The position numbers were made by a program, and so were the translations under genes. Positions 1-9,935 of a DNA stretch of 64,000 nucleotides are shown here, piece after piece. The DNA comes from an uncultured bacterium. GTDB taxonomy: Bacteria > Myxococcota_A > Bradymonadia > UBA7976 > VGTA01. Every line of letters starts with the position of its first letter. Positions within the stretch are counted from its first letter, which is position 1. Location of the stretch: assembly GCA_943788935.1 (NCBI GenBank), contig CALSSE010000001.1:87269-151268 (forward strand). The letters run 5' to 3'. The notes beneath the pieces are model-generated. The model saw only the letters and a program-made list of their open reading frames with translations, was not told where the DNA came from and made no database searches.

Positions 1-1425
1 AGGCATGTTGATCAATGGAATAAGATGTGCGAGCAGCTGCCGCCTCTAGAGACTATTTTTAGATCAGATCCAGCGGTGATAGAAGATAGAGCAGAGCCTC
101 TCTCTCGTTTACTTCGTAACCTCATCGAACGTTTTGATGGTAGACGAACCGCGCTTGAGGTCATCGATATCTCCTCAGAGGATGATCTGAAGGTTCTTCA
201 AGGGCTCACTCAGCTTTATTTTGAGGGGCTGATATATGAGATCCGCGAAGCGTTACCCGAAGACGATGCCCCTGATCCCATCTTTTTGGATCCGCAAGAC
301 GCAGCCGCTCCGCCTTCACCTCCAGTAGAAGATATGGTGAGCGCAGAGATGCTCTCTGATGATGGTGGTCTATACCCACCAGCTATAGATGATGAGTCAG
401 GACCTCCACCGGTGGGAGCGATATCGGCAGAGGAAATACCAGAAGAGGGTCAAGACCTCCTCGCTGAGCTGTACTCTGCGCCTTCATTAGGAGATGAACA
501 CGACCAAACACCCCCTCCTGTACCCGATGATCTTGACTCTGATTCTGATCAAGCAGATGAGACTTATTCAACTCTCTTTGGAATAGATGGCGCCTTCGAC
601 TATGACGAAGAAGAAGAAGATTTCTTCAATGGCGCCCTAGATGAAGATCCGGATCCATTCGCAGGCACCCCAATCGAGAAACCGCCGATGAGCACATCGG
701 CAAAGATGTTTTCGGCTCTCCTGTTGGGTACTCTCGCGGCGGCGATCGCTTTCTATATGCAGGATCGTATCTACCCCATAGAGCTGATAGACAACGCTAG
801 CGCACACAGTCAATGGCATCTGCTTGAACTTGATGTTCTCCCTTCAGAATATTCGACTCAAGCTATCGATGCTGAATGGAAGATAGAGATAGAGGACAGC
901 GCCTCGTTGGTCACTGATTTAGCGGTCAAGGTAGGGATCGCGCCCAGCAAAGGAGTTGTCGCCAGCGCTAAGTCCGGCACAAGTCGCAAGGTGAGTAAGC
1001 GTGACAAACGAAAGATAGCGGGGATGCTCAGTGAAGCGTTAGCGCTGAAAAACAAGGGTGGAAAGTCGAATTGGCTGAAAGCCGCTGATCTCTCTGACAA
1101 GGCTTTAGCGTTGCAACCGGGGAATCTCTATGCGCTCTTGCTCTCAGCGAGTGTTCATATGGAGCTTGAGAACGATCGAGACGCTCTCTCACGTTTGCAG
1201 AAGATTATGCAGATCGACCCTAGCTACGGTAACACCAAAGTAGGTGGGGCGGCTTTCAGTAAAGGCGTCGTTTATCCGCTGATCGGAAGTACACTCCAAA
1301 ACTTGGGAGATACTCGTGAAGCCCTAAAGTTCTATGAAAACTATCTGCGTAAGTTTCCTGATGGGAGTCAGGCTGGAGAAATTCGACGATTGGTGCAAAG
1401 TATCAAGCGTCGTAGCGGTAAGTAA
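1..1425 (+). CDS. 5'-truncated protein: DUF4388/PATAN-associated helical region, acidic linker, one TM helix, C-terminal TPR domain
   Basis: Frame is open from base 1 (AGG CAT GTT GAT CAA TGG AAT AAG ATG), so the gene starts upstream. The FDGRRTALEVID...LYFEGLI segment resembles the region following DUF4388. It is followed by a D/E/P-rich linker, the hydrophobic helix MFSALLLGTLAAAIAFYM and TPR-like helices (ALKFYENYLRKFPDG). Confidence 0.6.
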   Translation, partial: RHVDQWNKMCEQLPPLETIFRSDPAVIEDRAEPLSRLLRNLIERFDGRRTALEVIDISSEDDLKVLQGLTQLYFEGLIYEIREALPEDDAPDPIFLDPQDAAAPPSPPVEDMVSAEMLSDDGGLYPPAIDDESGPPPVGAISAEEIPEEGQDLLAELYSAPSLGDEHDQTPPPVPDDLDSDSDQADETYSTLFGIDGAFDYDEEEEDFFNGALDEDPDPFAGTPIEKPPMSTSAKMFSALLLGTLAAAIAFYMQDRIYPIELIDNASAHSQWHLLELDVLPSEYSTQAIDAEWKIEIEDSASLVTDLAVKVGIAPSKGVVASAKSGTSRKVSKRDKRKIAGMLSEALALKNKGGKSNWLKAADLSDKALALQPGNLYALLLSASVHMELENDRDALSRLQKIMQIDPSYGNTKVGGAAFSKGVVYPLIGSTLQNLGDTREALKFYENYLRKFPDGSQAGEIRRLVQSIKRRSGK

Positions 1426-1439
1426 CGATTGGGGATAAT

Positions 1440-2501
1440 GTGATCATACTCGCGATAGAGAGCAGCTGTGATGAGACCGCTGCCTCGGTGGTCAAAGACG
1501 GAGAGTTGGTGCTCTCTGATGTAGTGCGCTCTCAGGTGGAAATCCACGCTAAGTGGGGTGGAGTGGTACCAGAGATCGCGAGTAGGAATCATCTCGTCGA
1601 TACCATACCTGTAGTCGATCAAGCTATCGCAGAGGCCGGTGTAACGTGGGAAGAGATAGACGCGATCGCTGTCACTCAAGGTCCAGGACTCGTTGGCGCC
1701 TTATTAGTCGGTCTACAGGTCGCTAAATCGCTCGCTTTTGTACATCACAAGCCCCTCATCCCTGTCCATCATTTGAAAGGTCATCTTAGCGCGGTCGCTT
1801 TGAGATCACCGACAGAGTCGCAACCAGCTACTCCAAGTTATCCGTTTTTAGCCTTGGTAGTAAGCGGTGGGCATACAGCGATCTATCGGGTTAATGGCTT
1901 TGATGAGATCAAAGTGATCTCCAATACACTAGATGACGCAGCCGGCGAGGCATTCGATAAGGTCGCGCGAATGCTAGGACTAGGGTATCCGGGAGGTCCG
2001 GTTATTGAACGAATGGCCGCCGGGGGAGACGAGCGTAAATATCGATTCACGACCCCCCAAATTAAGGCCTCTCCATTAGATTTCTCCTTCTCTGGATTAA
2101 AAACAGCGGTGCTCACTTGCATAAAGCGCCATGGGAGTCTCCCGGAGGGTGAGGCGCTACGAGACCTCCTCGCCAGCTTTCAAGCAGCGGCTGTCGAGCA
2201 GCTAGTGGATCGCTGTAAATCAGCGATTAAACAGGAGGGGATAACCCGTCTCAGTGTCTCTGGAGGAGTGAGCTGTAATACCCTTTTACGTTGTCGACTG
2301 ACCAAATTAATGAACGACTTAAAAGGTGAAGCCTATATTCCTCCAAAGCGTTGGTGTACCGATAATGCAGCGATGATCGGGGCGGCCGCTGCCGTGCAAG
2401 CTCTTCGCTATATGGAGCGTGGTCCACACCATCGAGATGATACCCTTAATGCTAAGAGCACTTGGCACATCGCAGAGCCGCCCGAGATCGTAGGCTTGTA
2501 A
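1440..2501 (+). CDS. tsaD: tRNA N6-adenosine threonylcarbamoyltransferase TsaD (Kae1/YgjD family)
   Basis: Motifs IESSCDETAA, GGVVPEIASRNH, TQGPGL, HHLKGH, LVVSGGHT, DDAAGEAFDK, FSFSGLKT, SGGV, CTDNAAMI. Confidence 0.97.
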   Translation: MIILAIESSCDETAASVVKDGELVLSDVVRSQVEIHAKWGGVVPEIASRNHLVDTIPVVDQAIAEAGVTWEEIDAIAVTQGPGLVGALLVGLQVAKSLAFVHHKPLIPVHHLKGHLSAVALRSPTESQPATPSYPFLALVVSGGHTAIYRVNGFDEIKVISNTLDDAAGEAFDKVARMLGLGYPGGPVIERMAAGGDERKYRFTTPQIKASPLDFSFSGLKTAVLTCIKRHGSLPEGEALRDLLASFQAAAVEQLVDRCKSAIKQEGITRLSVSGGVSCNTLLRCRLTKLMNDLKGEAYIPPKRWCTDNAAMIGAAAAVQALRYMERGPHHRDDTLNAKSTWHIAEPPEIVGL

Positions 2502-2633
2502 TGAGAAGTCTAGTTTGACGACCGCCTCTCACTATCACCTCTCAGCTGCCTATACCCTGATCATCCTTGAGGACTTAGATGGCTCATGTCTGTCTTCTAA
2601 TCAACCTCATCACCCCCTCAGAGGAGGTTGTTT

Positions 2634-3485
2634 ATGACGCCTAGAGTTTCCCGCCCTGAGAGTCTACCTAACCCTTATGATGTACTGCGAGCTCATGGAC
2701 TTAGACCGAAAAAGTCACTGGGTCAAAACTTCCTCGTAGACCCTAATATTCCAGCACAGATCGCAGGCTCCGGTGGAGTGAGAAGCGGGGATGTCATCTT
2801 TGAGATCGGCGCTGGTTGTGGCACCCTGACTCATTGTTTAAGTGGGCTCGCCAATAAAGTCATCGCGTTAGAATATGATGAGGATTTGGCCCCGATCGCC
2901 CAAGCGGAGCTCGCTTACGCCGAGCACGTGGAGATTCGACATGGAGATGTTCGTCAGCTCGATTGGCCAGCGCTCGCCGAAGAGATGGGCCAACCGATGG
3001 TGGTCTATGGTAATCTTCCCTATTACCTCAGTACAGACATCTTGTTATCGTTACTCACTCATCCAGAGGCTTGGCGGAGAGCCTGCTTTTTAGTTCAACT
3101 AGAGTTCGCTGAACGAGTGTGTGCACCACCCGGAGTTCGAGCGGCAGGCTCTATTTCAGCGCTCACCCATCTCTTGACCTATCCAAGTTTACTCTTTCAA
3201 GTCAGCCCTAAAGCCTTCTCTCCTGCCCCAAAGGTCACCTCGGCGGTGATGGTTCTTGAGAAGCGTGAGACCCTCGCCGCTGATGTTGGGGATATGACAG
3301 TGTTTCGCAGAGTGGTTAGAGCTCTGTTTGCTCAGCGTAGAAAAATGGCTCGATCCTCATTAAAACAGATTCATCCTAACCCGACAGCTCTTTTAGAGGA
3401 TTTAGGACTTGATTCTACGCTAAGAGGAGAGCGCTTTTCACTTGCAGAGATCGCCCTGATCTCTAAGACTTTACATGAGAGTTGA
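2634..3485 (+). CDS. rsmA: 16S rRNA (A1518/A1519) dimethyltransferase RsmA/KsgA
   Basis: Motifs KKSLGQNFL, EIGAGCG, GNLPYY, FSPAPKVTS, FAQRRK. SD GAGGAGG (2621-2627) favours ATG 2634 over TTG 2628. Confidence 0.95.
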   Translation: MTPRVSRPESLPNPYDVLRAHGLRPKKSLGQNFLVDPNIPAQIAGSGGVRSGDVIFEIGAGCGTLTHCLSGLANKVIALEYDEDLAPIAQAELAYAEHVEIRHGDVRQLDWPALAEEMGQPMVVYGNLPYYLSTDILLSLLTHPEAWRRACFLVQLEFAERVCAPPGVRAAGSISALTHLLTYPSLLFQVSPKAFSPAPKVTSAVMVLEKRETLAADVGDMTVFRRVVRALFAQRRKMARSSLKQIHPNPTALLEDLGLDSTLRGERFSLAEIALISKTLHES

Positions 3486-3500
3486 AGAGAGCTGCTCGAG

Positions 3501-3605
3501 CCTCTCTGTAATCAGCCTCTCTGTAATCAGCCTCCCTGTAATCAGCCTCTCTGTAATCAGCCTCTCTGTAATCAACCTCTCTGTAATCAGCCTCTCTATA
3601 ATCAG
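3501..3605. repeat. Intergenic 15-bp tandem repeat (CCTCTCTGTAATCAG)x7
   Basis: Seven contiguous units read directly, three carrying one substitution each. Confidence 0.97.
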
Positions 3606-3648
3606 TGGCGTGCTCTTATAGAGCTATAAATAACGTGGAGGGAAATTA

Positions 3649-6114
3649 ATGGTAGGGCAAAGATCAAGGCGTGACTTATGGCTCAATCGTCTAGTCGCCC
3701 TCGCTAGTTTTTTTCTAGCGATCTTCTGCTTATATTTAGCGCTCTCTCAACTTGGAGAGCGTCTCCTCACCGATCATCTAGTCAATAAGTTAAACGCCAA
3801 AGGGGTAGAGAGTAGCTGGGCACGAATCGAGTGGTCAGGTAGAGGAATCTGTGCTCATCTCGCTCGAGTACGGGTCCCGAAAGAGCGCTTCACTGCAGAA
3901 GTGAATCAGGTCTGTGCTCGATTAAGTCTCAAGGGGCAATGGCCATTCATCGGTGTCGATGATCTTCTCATTGATCAGCCAAAGATGTGGATCAATGTGA
4001 AGAGTCCCCGAAGAGAACAGATCTCAAGTCATGGGCATCGATCAGTAGAGGAGAGAGAGCTCGGTTATTATCTCTCTACATTCGATCGAGCATTAGCACT
4101 CGGGGCTACGACTTGGCGATCTTTAACCGGTCATTTAGCGACACTTGGTGAACAAGAAATCGAGGTTCGCGAAGGAGAGCTACAGCTTCTATTAAAACCT
4201 ACTCATGGGAGGGGAAGACCATCCCATCTCCTTTTTGGCGTAGAGCTTAACCTCAGCTCGACAGGAGGGAGCGGGAGAGTACGACTCGCTGAGCAGGCGC
4301 AAGTTGTTCATGTAGAGTTTATTCCACAAGAGATCTCCCTCCGCTCTCCACTTCGTTTTGAGGGGGTAGGATTAAAGTTAACAGTAGAGCCTGGAGCGAG
4401 ACTGCTTTATCGAAGAGGTTCTTTTAAATTCGAGAGCTTTATACGCCTTCAGAGGTTTGAGCGCTCAGTCAATAATGATGACTTAAGAGTCCGGATTGAG
4501 CTGTCACATCAAGAGAGTGAGCGGGGTAATGCTCTTGACGTCTCGTTATTGAATACAGCCACAGATGTTAACTCATCTCACCGGTCAAGGGGTCTTCAAG
4601 GTCTCTTTAGTGAGCTTTGTTTGAACGCTCTCTACCTGGGTCGAGAGGTGGAGAAACTACAGGTCACCTTCAAAGGATTAGAGTTCGCTGAGTTAAGTGA
4701 TCTCTTCGCCAACTTTAGCCTTTGGGATTCCTTGGGCTCAGCGTCAAGACTGAACGTGTCTAAGCGAGGTAAGCTAAGTCCCCCGACGACCTTGAGAGGA
4801 TCTCTGACAGGAGAGCTCTCATTGAATGAGAGTCTCTCGCCTCAGCAGGGGAAGCTCGGCTATAAACTCCGCATTAGGCGACCTGAGCTGAGAATGCTCG
4901 GCTTGCCTAAGTTAGGCTGGCCCGCAATCTCAGTGAGCGGCGATCTCGATTATCAGTGGGGGGAATCTAATCAGCGGCAAGCCTTGAGTAGAATAGAGAT
5001 TAAGGATGCTCAAGTTAGAGTGGAGACTCCTCAGTCAGGCCAGGTGAGGGCTTCGCTCACCACTTCATTAGTCACCGATCAGCCGGTGAGCGGATGGACC
5101 TCCCCATTAAAAGCGATTCAATCTCTCAAGTTCGCTCTTGAATCTAAGCGAACAGAGTGCCAAGCACTCTTTAATCTCATCCCGAAGTCTGTCTTAGGCC
5201 CGATTACATCAGCTCAACTCAGTGGGTCAACTGAACCTCAAGTAAGGTTTAATTATCGACGCGCCGTGAGCGGTGAAAAGAATAAAGAGCCTGCGAGTTT
5301 GCAGATCAAAGGGCTACTTCGCCGTTGCCGGTTTGAGGAGATGGGACTCAACCTCTCTCCCCGCCCCCAAGTTAAAGTGAGAGGACGTCGAGCCTCCTTG
5401 AGAGATGTCACTTGGCTCAACGAAGCCTTCACTTTTAAGGTAAATCCTGAGCTCGCTGAAGGAAAGAGGGTAATCATTGGACCGGCGAGTGATAACTTCG
5501 TGGCTTATAATGAGCTACCTGCTTATATTGGCGGGGCTATGTATTTAACCGAGGAGACAGGTTTTTGGAGAGGTGGCGCATTTAGCCCAGCGCTCTTGAA
5601 CCGAGCGATCAACACCAACCTCACCAAAGGGCGGTTTGTCTATGGCGGTTCTACGATCACTCAGCAGCTCGTAAAGAATCTATTTTTACATCGGGAAAAG
5701 ACCCTCACCCGCAAGATCAGAGAGGCTCTGATCTCTGCGAGAGTTATCGATGCCATTAGTAAACGGCGAGTCTTAGAGCTCTATCTGAACATGATCGAGT
5801 TTGGTCCTAAAATTTTTGGTATTCAAGCGGCGGCAAAGTTTTATTTTCAAAAAGAGGCGCGAGCGTTAAGTCCCGAAGAGGCTGTATTTTTAGCGATGTT
5901 AAAGGTCGCTCCTCACCGAGGGCCAAAGTGGGTAAAACGAGGAGTTTCTCCTACTTTCACTTGGTGGCGACAGCGGATGATTCAAGTCTTCAAGCGCTTG
6001 GTCTCAGAGGGGCTCATCACCCCCAAGCGAGCGTTAGGGGCAGCCCCTTTTGTGCTGAGGTGGTCAGAGGGTCAATATCAAGGGAGCGCGCCGATGCGTG
6101 GTGAGGAGAAATAG
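3649..6114 (+). CDS. Membrane-anchored protein with C-terminal GT51 (MtgA-like) peptidoglycan transglycosylase domain
   Basis: N-terminal TM helix. C-terminal GT51 motifs EETGF, GGSTITQQLVKNLFL, RKIREA, LELYLN.IEFG, GIQAAA..YF. No transpeptidase SxxK domain follows. Confidence 0.85.
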   Translation: MVGQRSRRDLWLNRLVALASFFLAIFCLYLALSQLGERLLTDHLVNKLNAKGVESSWARIEWSGRGICAHLARVRVPKERFTAEVNQVCARLSLKGQWPFIGVDDLLIDQPKMWINVKSPRREQISSHGHRSVEERELGYYLSTFDRALALGATTWRSLTGHLATLGEQEIEVREGELQLLLKPTHGRGRPSHLLFGVELNLSSTGGSGRVRLAEQAQVVHVEFIPQEISLRSPLRFEGVGLKLTVEPGARLLYRRGSFKFESFIRLQRFERSVNNDDLRVRIELSHQESERGNALDVSLLNTATDVNSSHRSRGLQGLFSELCLNALYLGREVEKLQVTFKGLEFAELSDLFANFSLWDSLGSASRLNVSKRGKLSPPTTLRGSLTGELSLNESLSPQQGKLGYKLRIRRPELRMLGLPKLGWPAISVSGDLDYQWGESNQRQALSRIEIKDAQVRVETPQSGQVRASLTTSLVTDQPVSGWTSPLKAIQSLKFALESKRTECQALFNLIPKSVLGPITSAQLSGSTEPQVRFNYRRAVSGEKNKEPASLQIKGLLRRCRFEEMGLNLSPRPQVKVRGRRASLRDVTWLNEAFTFKVNPELAEGKRVIIGPASDNFVAYNELPAYIGGAMYLTEETGFWRGGAFSPALLNRAINTNLTKGRFVYGGSTITQQLVKNLFLHREKTLTRKIREALISARVIDAISKRRVLELYLNMIEFGPKIFGIQAAAKFYFQKEARALSPEEAVFLAMLKVAPHRGPKWVKRGVSPTFTWWRQRMIQVFKRLVSEGLITPKRALGAAPFVLRWSEGQYQGSAPMRGEEK

Positions 6115-7342
6115 TTCAGTGTCTATTTATATGCTCTTCATGTTCTTCATCGTAAACTCAATCTCCTACGCTCTTAGCTATTATGCCTTGCATCGCCTCG
6201 TTTACTTGGGACGAGCGGTGGTCACTCCTGCTTACGATGTATCTTCATCTTGGGGGACTTGGCTCACAGACCCTAGAATGATGGTGTTAAGCGTGAGCTT
6301 AATTCTCTCTTATTTCTTGGTCGGTAAAATTTTGTCTGCGAAATGGATGAGGTGGTTGGGGTGGTTGAGCGGCTTATGGATGGGCTATATAACCTTGATC
6401 CTCTTTTATGGAGGGCCTCTTCATTTCTTGGAGCTCTCTCTGCTCTATCTGCTCGGTTCTCGTTTAGGAGCTGACTCAGGAGCGGTGACAGAGTTGATCT
6501 CTTGGGTGAGTCTGATCTCGATCCATTTAGGTTTATTGATAGGGGTCTTTGGCGCTTCTCGGAAGCCAAAGTTAGCGAGAGTTAGGGTGCAGCATGAGGG
6601 AATCACTGAGGCGTTTAGCGGCTTTCGAATTCTACAATTGAGCGATGTACACATCGGACCGACCATTGGGAGCGGTTTTATTAAGACTCTCTCTAAGCTC
6701 TGTGATGAAGCTCAAGCCGATTTGATCGTCATGACTGGTGACCTCGTTGATGGCGAAGTTCGCTTTCTCGGCGAAGAGGTCAAGACCTTCCTTAAATTGG
6801 GCAATAAGGCGCGGAAAGGGATGGTCTTGATTACCGGTAATCATGAATATATTTCAGGGGCAGGGCCATGGGTTCGATTTATCCAAGCAGAGGGGGGGCG
6901 AGTTTTAGAGAATGAGCATTTCATTATTGAAGAAGCTGATCAACGCTTAGCGATCATCGGCGTCGAGGATTGGGATGCTTCACGCTTTGATCCTCAACGA
7001 CGCTCCTCGCTCAGTGAAGCGCTTGAAGGTGTTCCCGAAGACGCCTTTAAGCTATTGCTTGCTCATCAGCCCAAATCAGCCCCCGAAGCGGCACAACTTG
7101 GGGTAGACCTTCAGCTTTCAGGACATACTCATGCTGGTCAGATCTTCCCTTTTAATTATCTGATCTATCTCGATCAACCCTATAACGTCGGCCGCTACCA
7201 ACTAGAGCGAATGATCCTCTATGTAAGCCCTGGAACAGGGTATTGGGGACCCCCTTTGAGACTTGGAACTCGGGCAGAGGCGACTCTGATCACTCTTCAG
7301 AGTATCGCTTCACCTACCAACGACGATAGGCAACATCTTTGA
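6098..7342 (+). CDS. Membrane-bound metallophosphoesterase (YkuE/MPP family)
   Basis: N-terminal TM helices, then motifs SDVH, TGDLVD, GNHEY, LLAHQP, SGHTHAGQ. True start may be an ATG near 6131. Confidence 0.9.
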   Translation: MVRRNSSVSIYMLFMFFIVNSISYALSYYALHRLVYLGRAVVTPAYDVSSSWGTWLTDPRMMVLSVSLILSYFLVGKILSAKWMRWLGWLSGLWMGYITLILFYGGPLHFLELSLLYLLGSRLGADSGAVTELISWVSLISIHLGLLIGVFGASRKPKLARVRVQHEGITEAFSGFRILQLSDVHIGPTIGSGFIKTLSKLCDEAQADLIVMTGDLVDGEVRFLGEEVKTFLKLGNKARKGMVLITGNHEYISGAGPWVRFIQAEGGRVLENEHFIIEEADQRLAIIGVEDWDASRFDPQRRSSLSEALEGVPEDAFKLLLAHQPKSAPEAAQLGVDLQLSGHTHAGQIFPFNYLIYLDQPYNVGRYQLERMILYVSPGTGYWGPPLRLGTRAEATLITLQSIASPTNDDRQHL

Positions 7343-9050
7343 GCGTGAGCGGTTGCTGTGAATCGAGCGCGGTGATTCGAAGTTGATAAAGAGGTCGTTT
7401 TCCTTCCTCTTCTCGATGATGCTCTTCTTCTCGATGATTTAGAGTGACCTCATCATGAAGAGGGAGCCTCATCGCTCCAAATGATGGTGAGAAGAGTGAG
7501 CAAGGGTCTGCACTAGCTGTCGATGATGAAGACTCATTAGGCCTAAAGTAAAGTCCCAAGGGAGCCTCTGATAATGCAGTAGATCTCGCAGAGGGAGGAG
7601 GCTCTTGTTGGAAATCAGTCATCGAAGGATCTAGCACTACTAGCTTTAGATGATCGAGCGACGTGAGTCTCCTCCACTGTTGGTCATTGGGCTGCTTGTA
7701 CTCAAAAGCTGCTGCCCCCGAGTCTGAGGTAAAGCTTAATGCGAGTTGAGGAGCGCGTTGTAGCATCTTTGAATCAACTCCTGAGGTACTAGGGAGAGTC
7801 TCCCAAGTGAGAGTTTGACCTCGCTCATCGATAGCTAGCCCTTCTTCTCTGTCTCTCTGTGATGTCATCTCTATAGGCCGAGCGCAGGAAGGAGGAAACG
7901 GAGAGGCGAAGAGAGATGGTGGGAGCTGGGTCAGCTCACCGCCCTCACTTGCTTTGAGTAGGCTGACCCCTCCTCTGAGCCATTCAGAAATCGCGAGAGT
8001 TTGCTCATCTGGAGAGATCGCTAGATGCCAAGGGTTGGTTTGAGTATCTAACATACGTCTCTCCACCCGCTCCCCACTATTGATATTGTATGTCCATAGA
8101 GCGCTCTCTGCAGAATGAAGAACGAGGACCTCATCTCCTCTGATCAATAGATCATTAGGGACTTGCCCTAGAGGAGGATCATAGACAAATGGATCTATTG
8201 AGCAGGTTGGGTCTTGAAGGTCTAGGGTATCTAGATCTATGTGACTCAGCAAACCAGAGAGTCCGAAACTGATCCATAACCGGTCTCCTCGGACCTTTGG
8301 TGTTTGAGCTCCCTCCATCACTTCCTCATATTGACCGAGCTCGGGTGAACAGGGGAGCGGAGCGCCAGAGTGGTCAAAAATATAAAGGCGGTCTTGATTA
8401 AATTCTATGAGCAACGTGTATGAGCGCCAGCTGGTCAGCGCTCCCAGTGAGAGGAGCTCTCTTGGAGCGAACCGTTGAGCGCTTACGTCTATGTCATGAT
8501 GTGTTTGAGCGACTCGCCATAATACTCCATCAACCCCTGAGGAGAGCTCCCAACTATGCTGAGATTCTTCTCGCTCAGGTGCGATGACGAAATCTACTAA
8601 ATAGCTCCCTTTAGGCTCGCTATATATCAATGTATCTTGAAGCGATGAGAGGTGATCACCGCTATACTCAAGAAGACTTAAACTAGACCATGACCCCTTA
8701 GGGTTAGCACCGAGGATAAGGGTTCCACTGCTCAGGATAGCAAGTTCACCCTCCACATAAGAGAGCGCTTGGGGGTTAGCGATGGGAGTGAACCATGCTA
8801 GGAGTGTTTCTTTACGCTGTATATCAACTAAAATGACCCTCCCTTCTCCCCACTTTCCACCATGATAAGCGCTGTCTGTGACAGCGATGACCGAGGGGGA
8901 GAGAAAGGAGATCGCTTGAAGGCGAGCTGTCGATTCATAGAGCGCTTTTGACTCGCTTTGATCGATCTCACAGGCCAAAAGTAGAGTGCTTAATGATAAG
9001 ACTACCATCGTTCGCCAATAGACTTGTTTCGATACCGTGATGAATCCCAT
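7314..9050 (-). CDS. Lipoprotein with YncE-like beta-propeller
   Basis: Lipobox LLLAC, repeated propeller-like blades (PQALSY, PNDLLI, PWHLAISPD). Confidence 0.6.
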   Translation of the reverse strand: MGFITVSKQVYWRTMVVLSLSTLLLACEIDQSESKALYESTARLQAISFLSPSVIAVTDSAYHGGKWGEGRVILVDIQRKETLLAWFTPIANPQALSYVEGELAILSSGTLILGANPKGSWSSLSLLEYSGDHLSSLQDTLIYSEPKGSYLVDFVIAPEREESQHSWELSSGVDGVLWRVAQTHHDIDVSAQRFAPRELLSLGALTSWRSYTLLIEFNQDRLYIFDHSGAPLPCSPELGQYEEVMEGAQTPKVRGDRLWISFGLSGLLSHIDLDTLDLQDPTCSIDPFVYDPPLGQVPNDLLIRGDEVLVLHSAESALWTYNINSGERVERRMLDTQTNPWHLAISPDEQTLAISEWLRGGVSLLKASEGGELTQLPPSLFASPFPPSCARPIEMTSQRDREEGLAIDERGQTLTWETLPSTSGVDSKMLQRAPQLALSFTSDSGAAAFEYKQPNDQQWRRLTSLDHLKLVVLDPSMTDFQQEPPPSARSTALSEAPLGLYFRPNESSSSTASADPCSLFSPSFGAMRLPLHDEVTLNHREEEHHREEEGKRPLYQLRITALDSQQPLTLKDVAYRRW

Positions 9051-9683
9051 CTATTGTGGGATATCCTTTAAAAAGTGCCCCATACGATCTCTCTTCACAC
9101 GTAGATAATTATGGTTGATCGAGTTAAGTCCGACCTCGATCGACTCTCGCTGTACTTCGAAGTCACCGGTGGCGGTGAGCGCCTCTATTTTGTCAGGGTT
9201 ATTGGTTAAGAGTCTAAGCCGGTTAAGGCCAAAATCCTTAAGAATGGAGATCGCAGCTTCATAGGTACGAGCATCTTCTTCGAAACCGAGCTCAGTATTG
9301 GCGTCTACAGTATCGAGACCCCTCTCTTGGAGAGCATAGGCTTGGACCTTAGCCCCCAGACCAATGCCTCGTCCTTCTTGAAAGAGATAGATCACTAATC
9401 CACAGCCCTCTGCTGTGATCGCTTTGAGCGCATAATTTAGCTGCTCTCGACAGTCACACTTAAGTGAGCCTAATACCTCACTGGTAAAGCAAGCGGAGTG
9501 GATCCGAACCAACGGTAATCTCTGATCCTCACCTTGATTTACTGCTTGGGGGAGTCCTATATAGATGGCTAAGTGTTCTTCGCCATTAGGTCCACGATAG
9601 ACAGTCATCTCAAAGTCGCCATGAGTTGTTGGTAACGTCGTTGAGCTAAACCGTTGAACGATAGGTTCTTGAAGATCAGTCAT
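9051..9683 (-). CDS. ribA: GTP cyclohydrolase II
   Basis: Motifs VRIHSAC..SE.LGSLKCDC, YL.QEGRGIGL..K..AY, LLTNNPDK, YL..K...MGH. An AGGA SD 8 nt upstream of ATG 9683 suggests this start rather than 9758. Confidence 0.95.
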   Translation of the reverse strand: MTDLQEPIVQRFSSTTLPTTHGDFEMTVYRGPNGEEHLAIYIGLPQAVNQGEDQRLPLVRIHSACFTSEVLGSLKCDCREQLNYALKAITAEGCGLVIYLFQEGRGIGLGAKVQAYALQERGLDTVDANTELGFEEDARTYEAAISILKDFGLNRLRLLTNNPDKIEALTATGDFEVQRESIEVGLNSINHNYLRVKRDRMGHFLKDIPQ

Positions 9684-9935
9684 AAATGATTTCCTACCGA
9701 TTAGTGATTGGATGTAATATTTCGTTATCTGTGTAAGTACGGAGAGATGGTCTCTCAATAGGGCGCCGAAGATTATCTGAAACTAGTCTATTATTCTAGT
9801 GCCATTCTAGTGCCAATGAGTATTGGATCTTTTAGTGGATTATACGTCGCTATTTTTTAAATACTTAAATAGATGATCACTAGATACTATTAATCACCAG
9901 ATACTACTGATCACACTGCCGGAGCGCTTCATTCT

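Noticed and set aside
9684-9935. FMN riboswitch upstream of ribA
   Set aside because: None of the conserved RFN-element sequence blocks is present.
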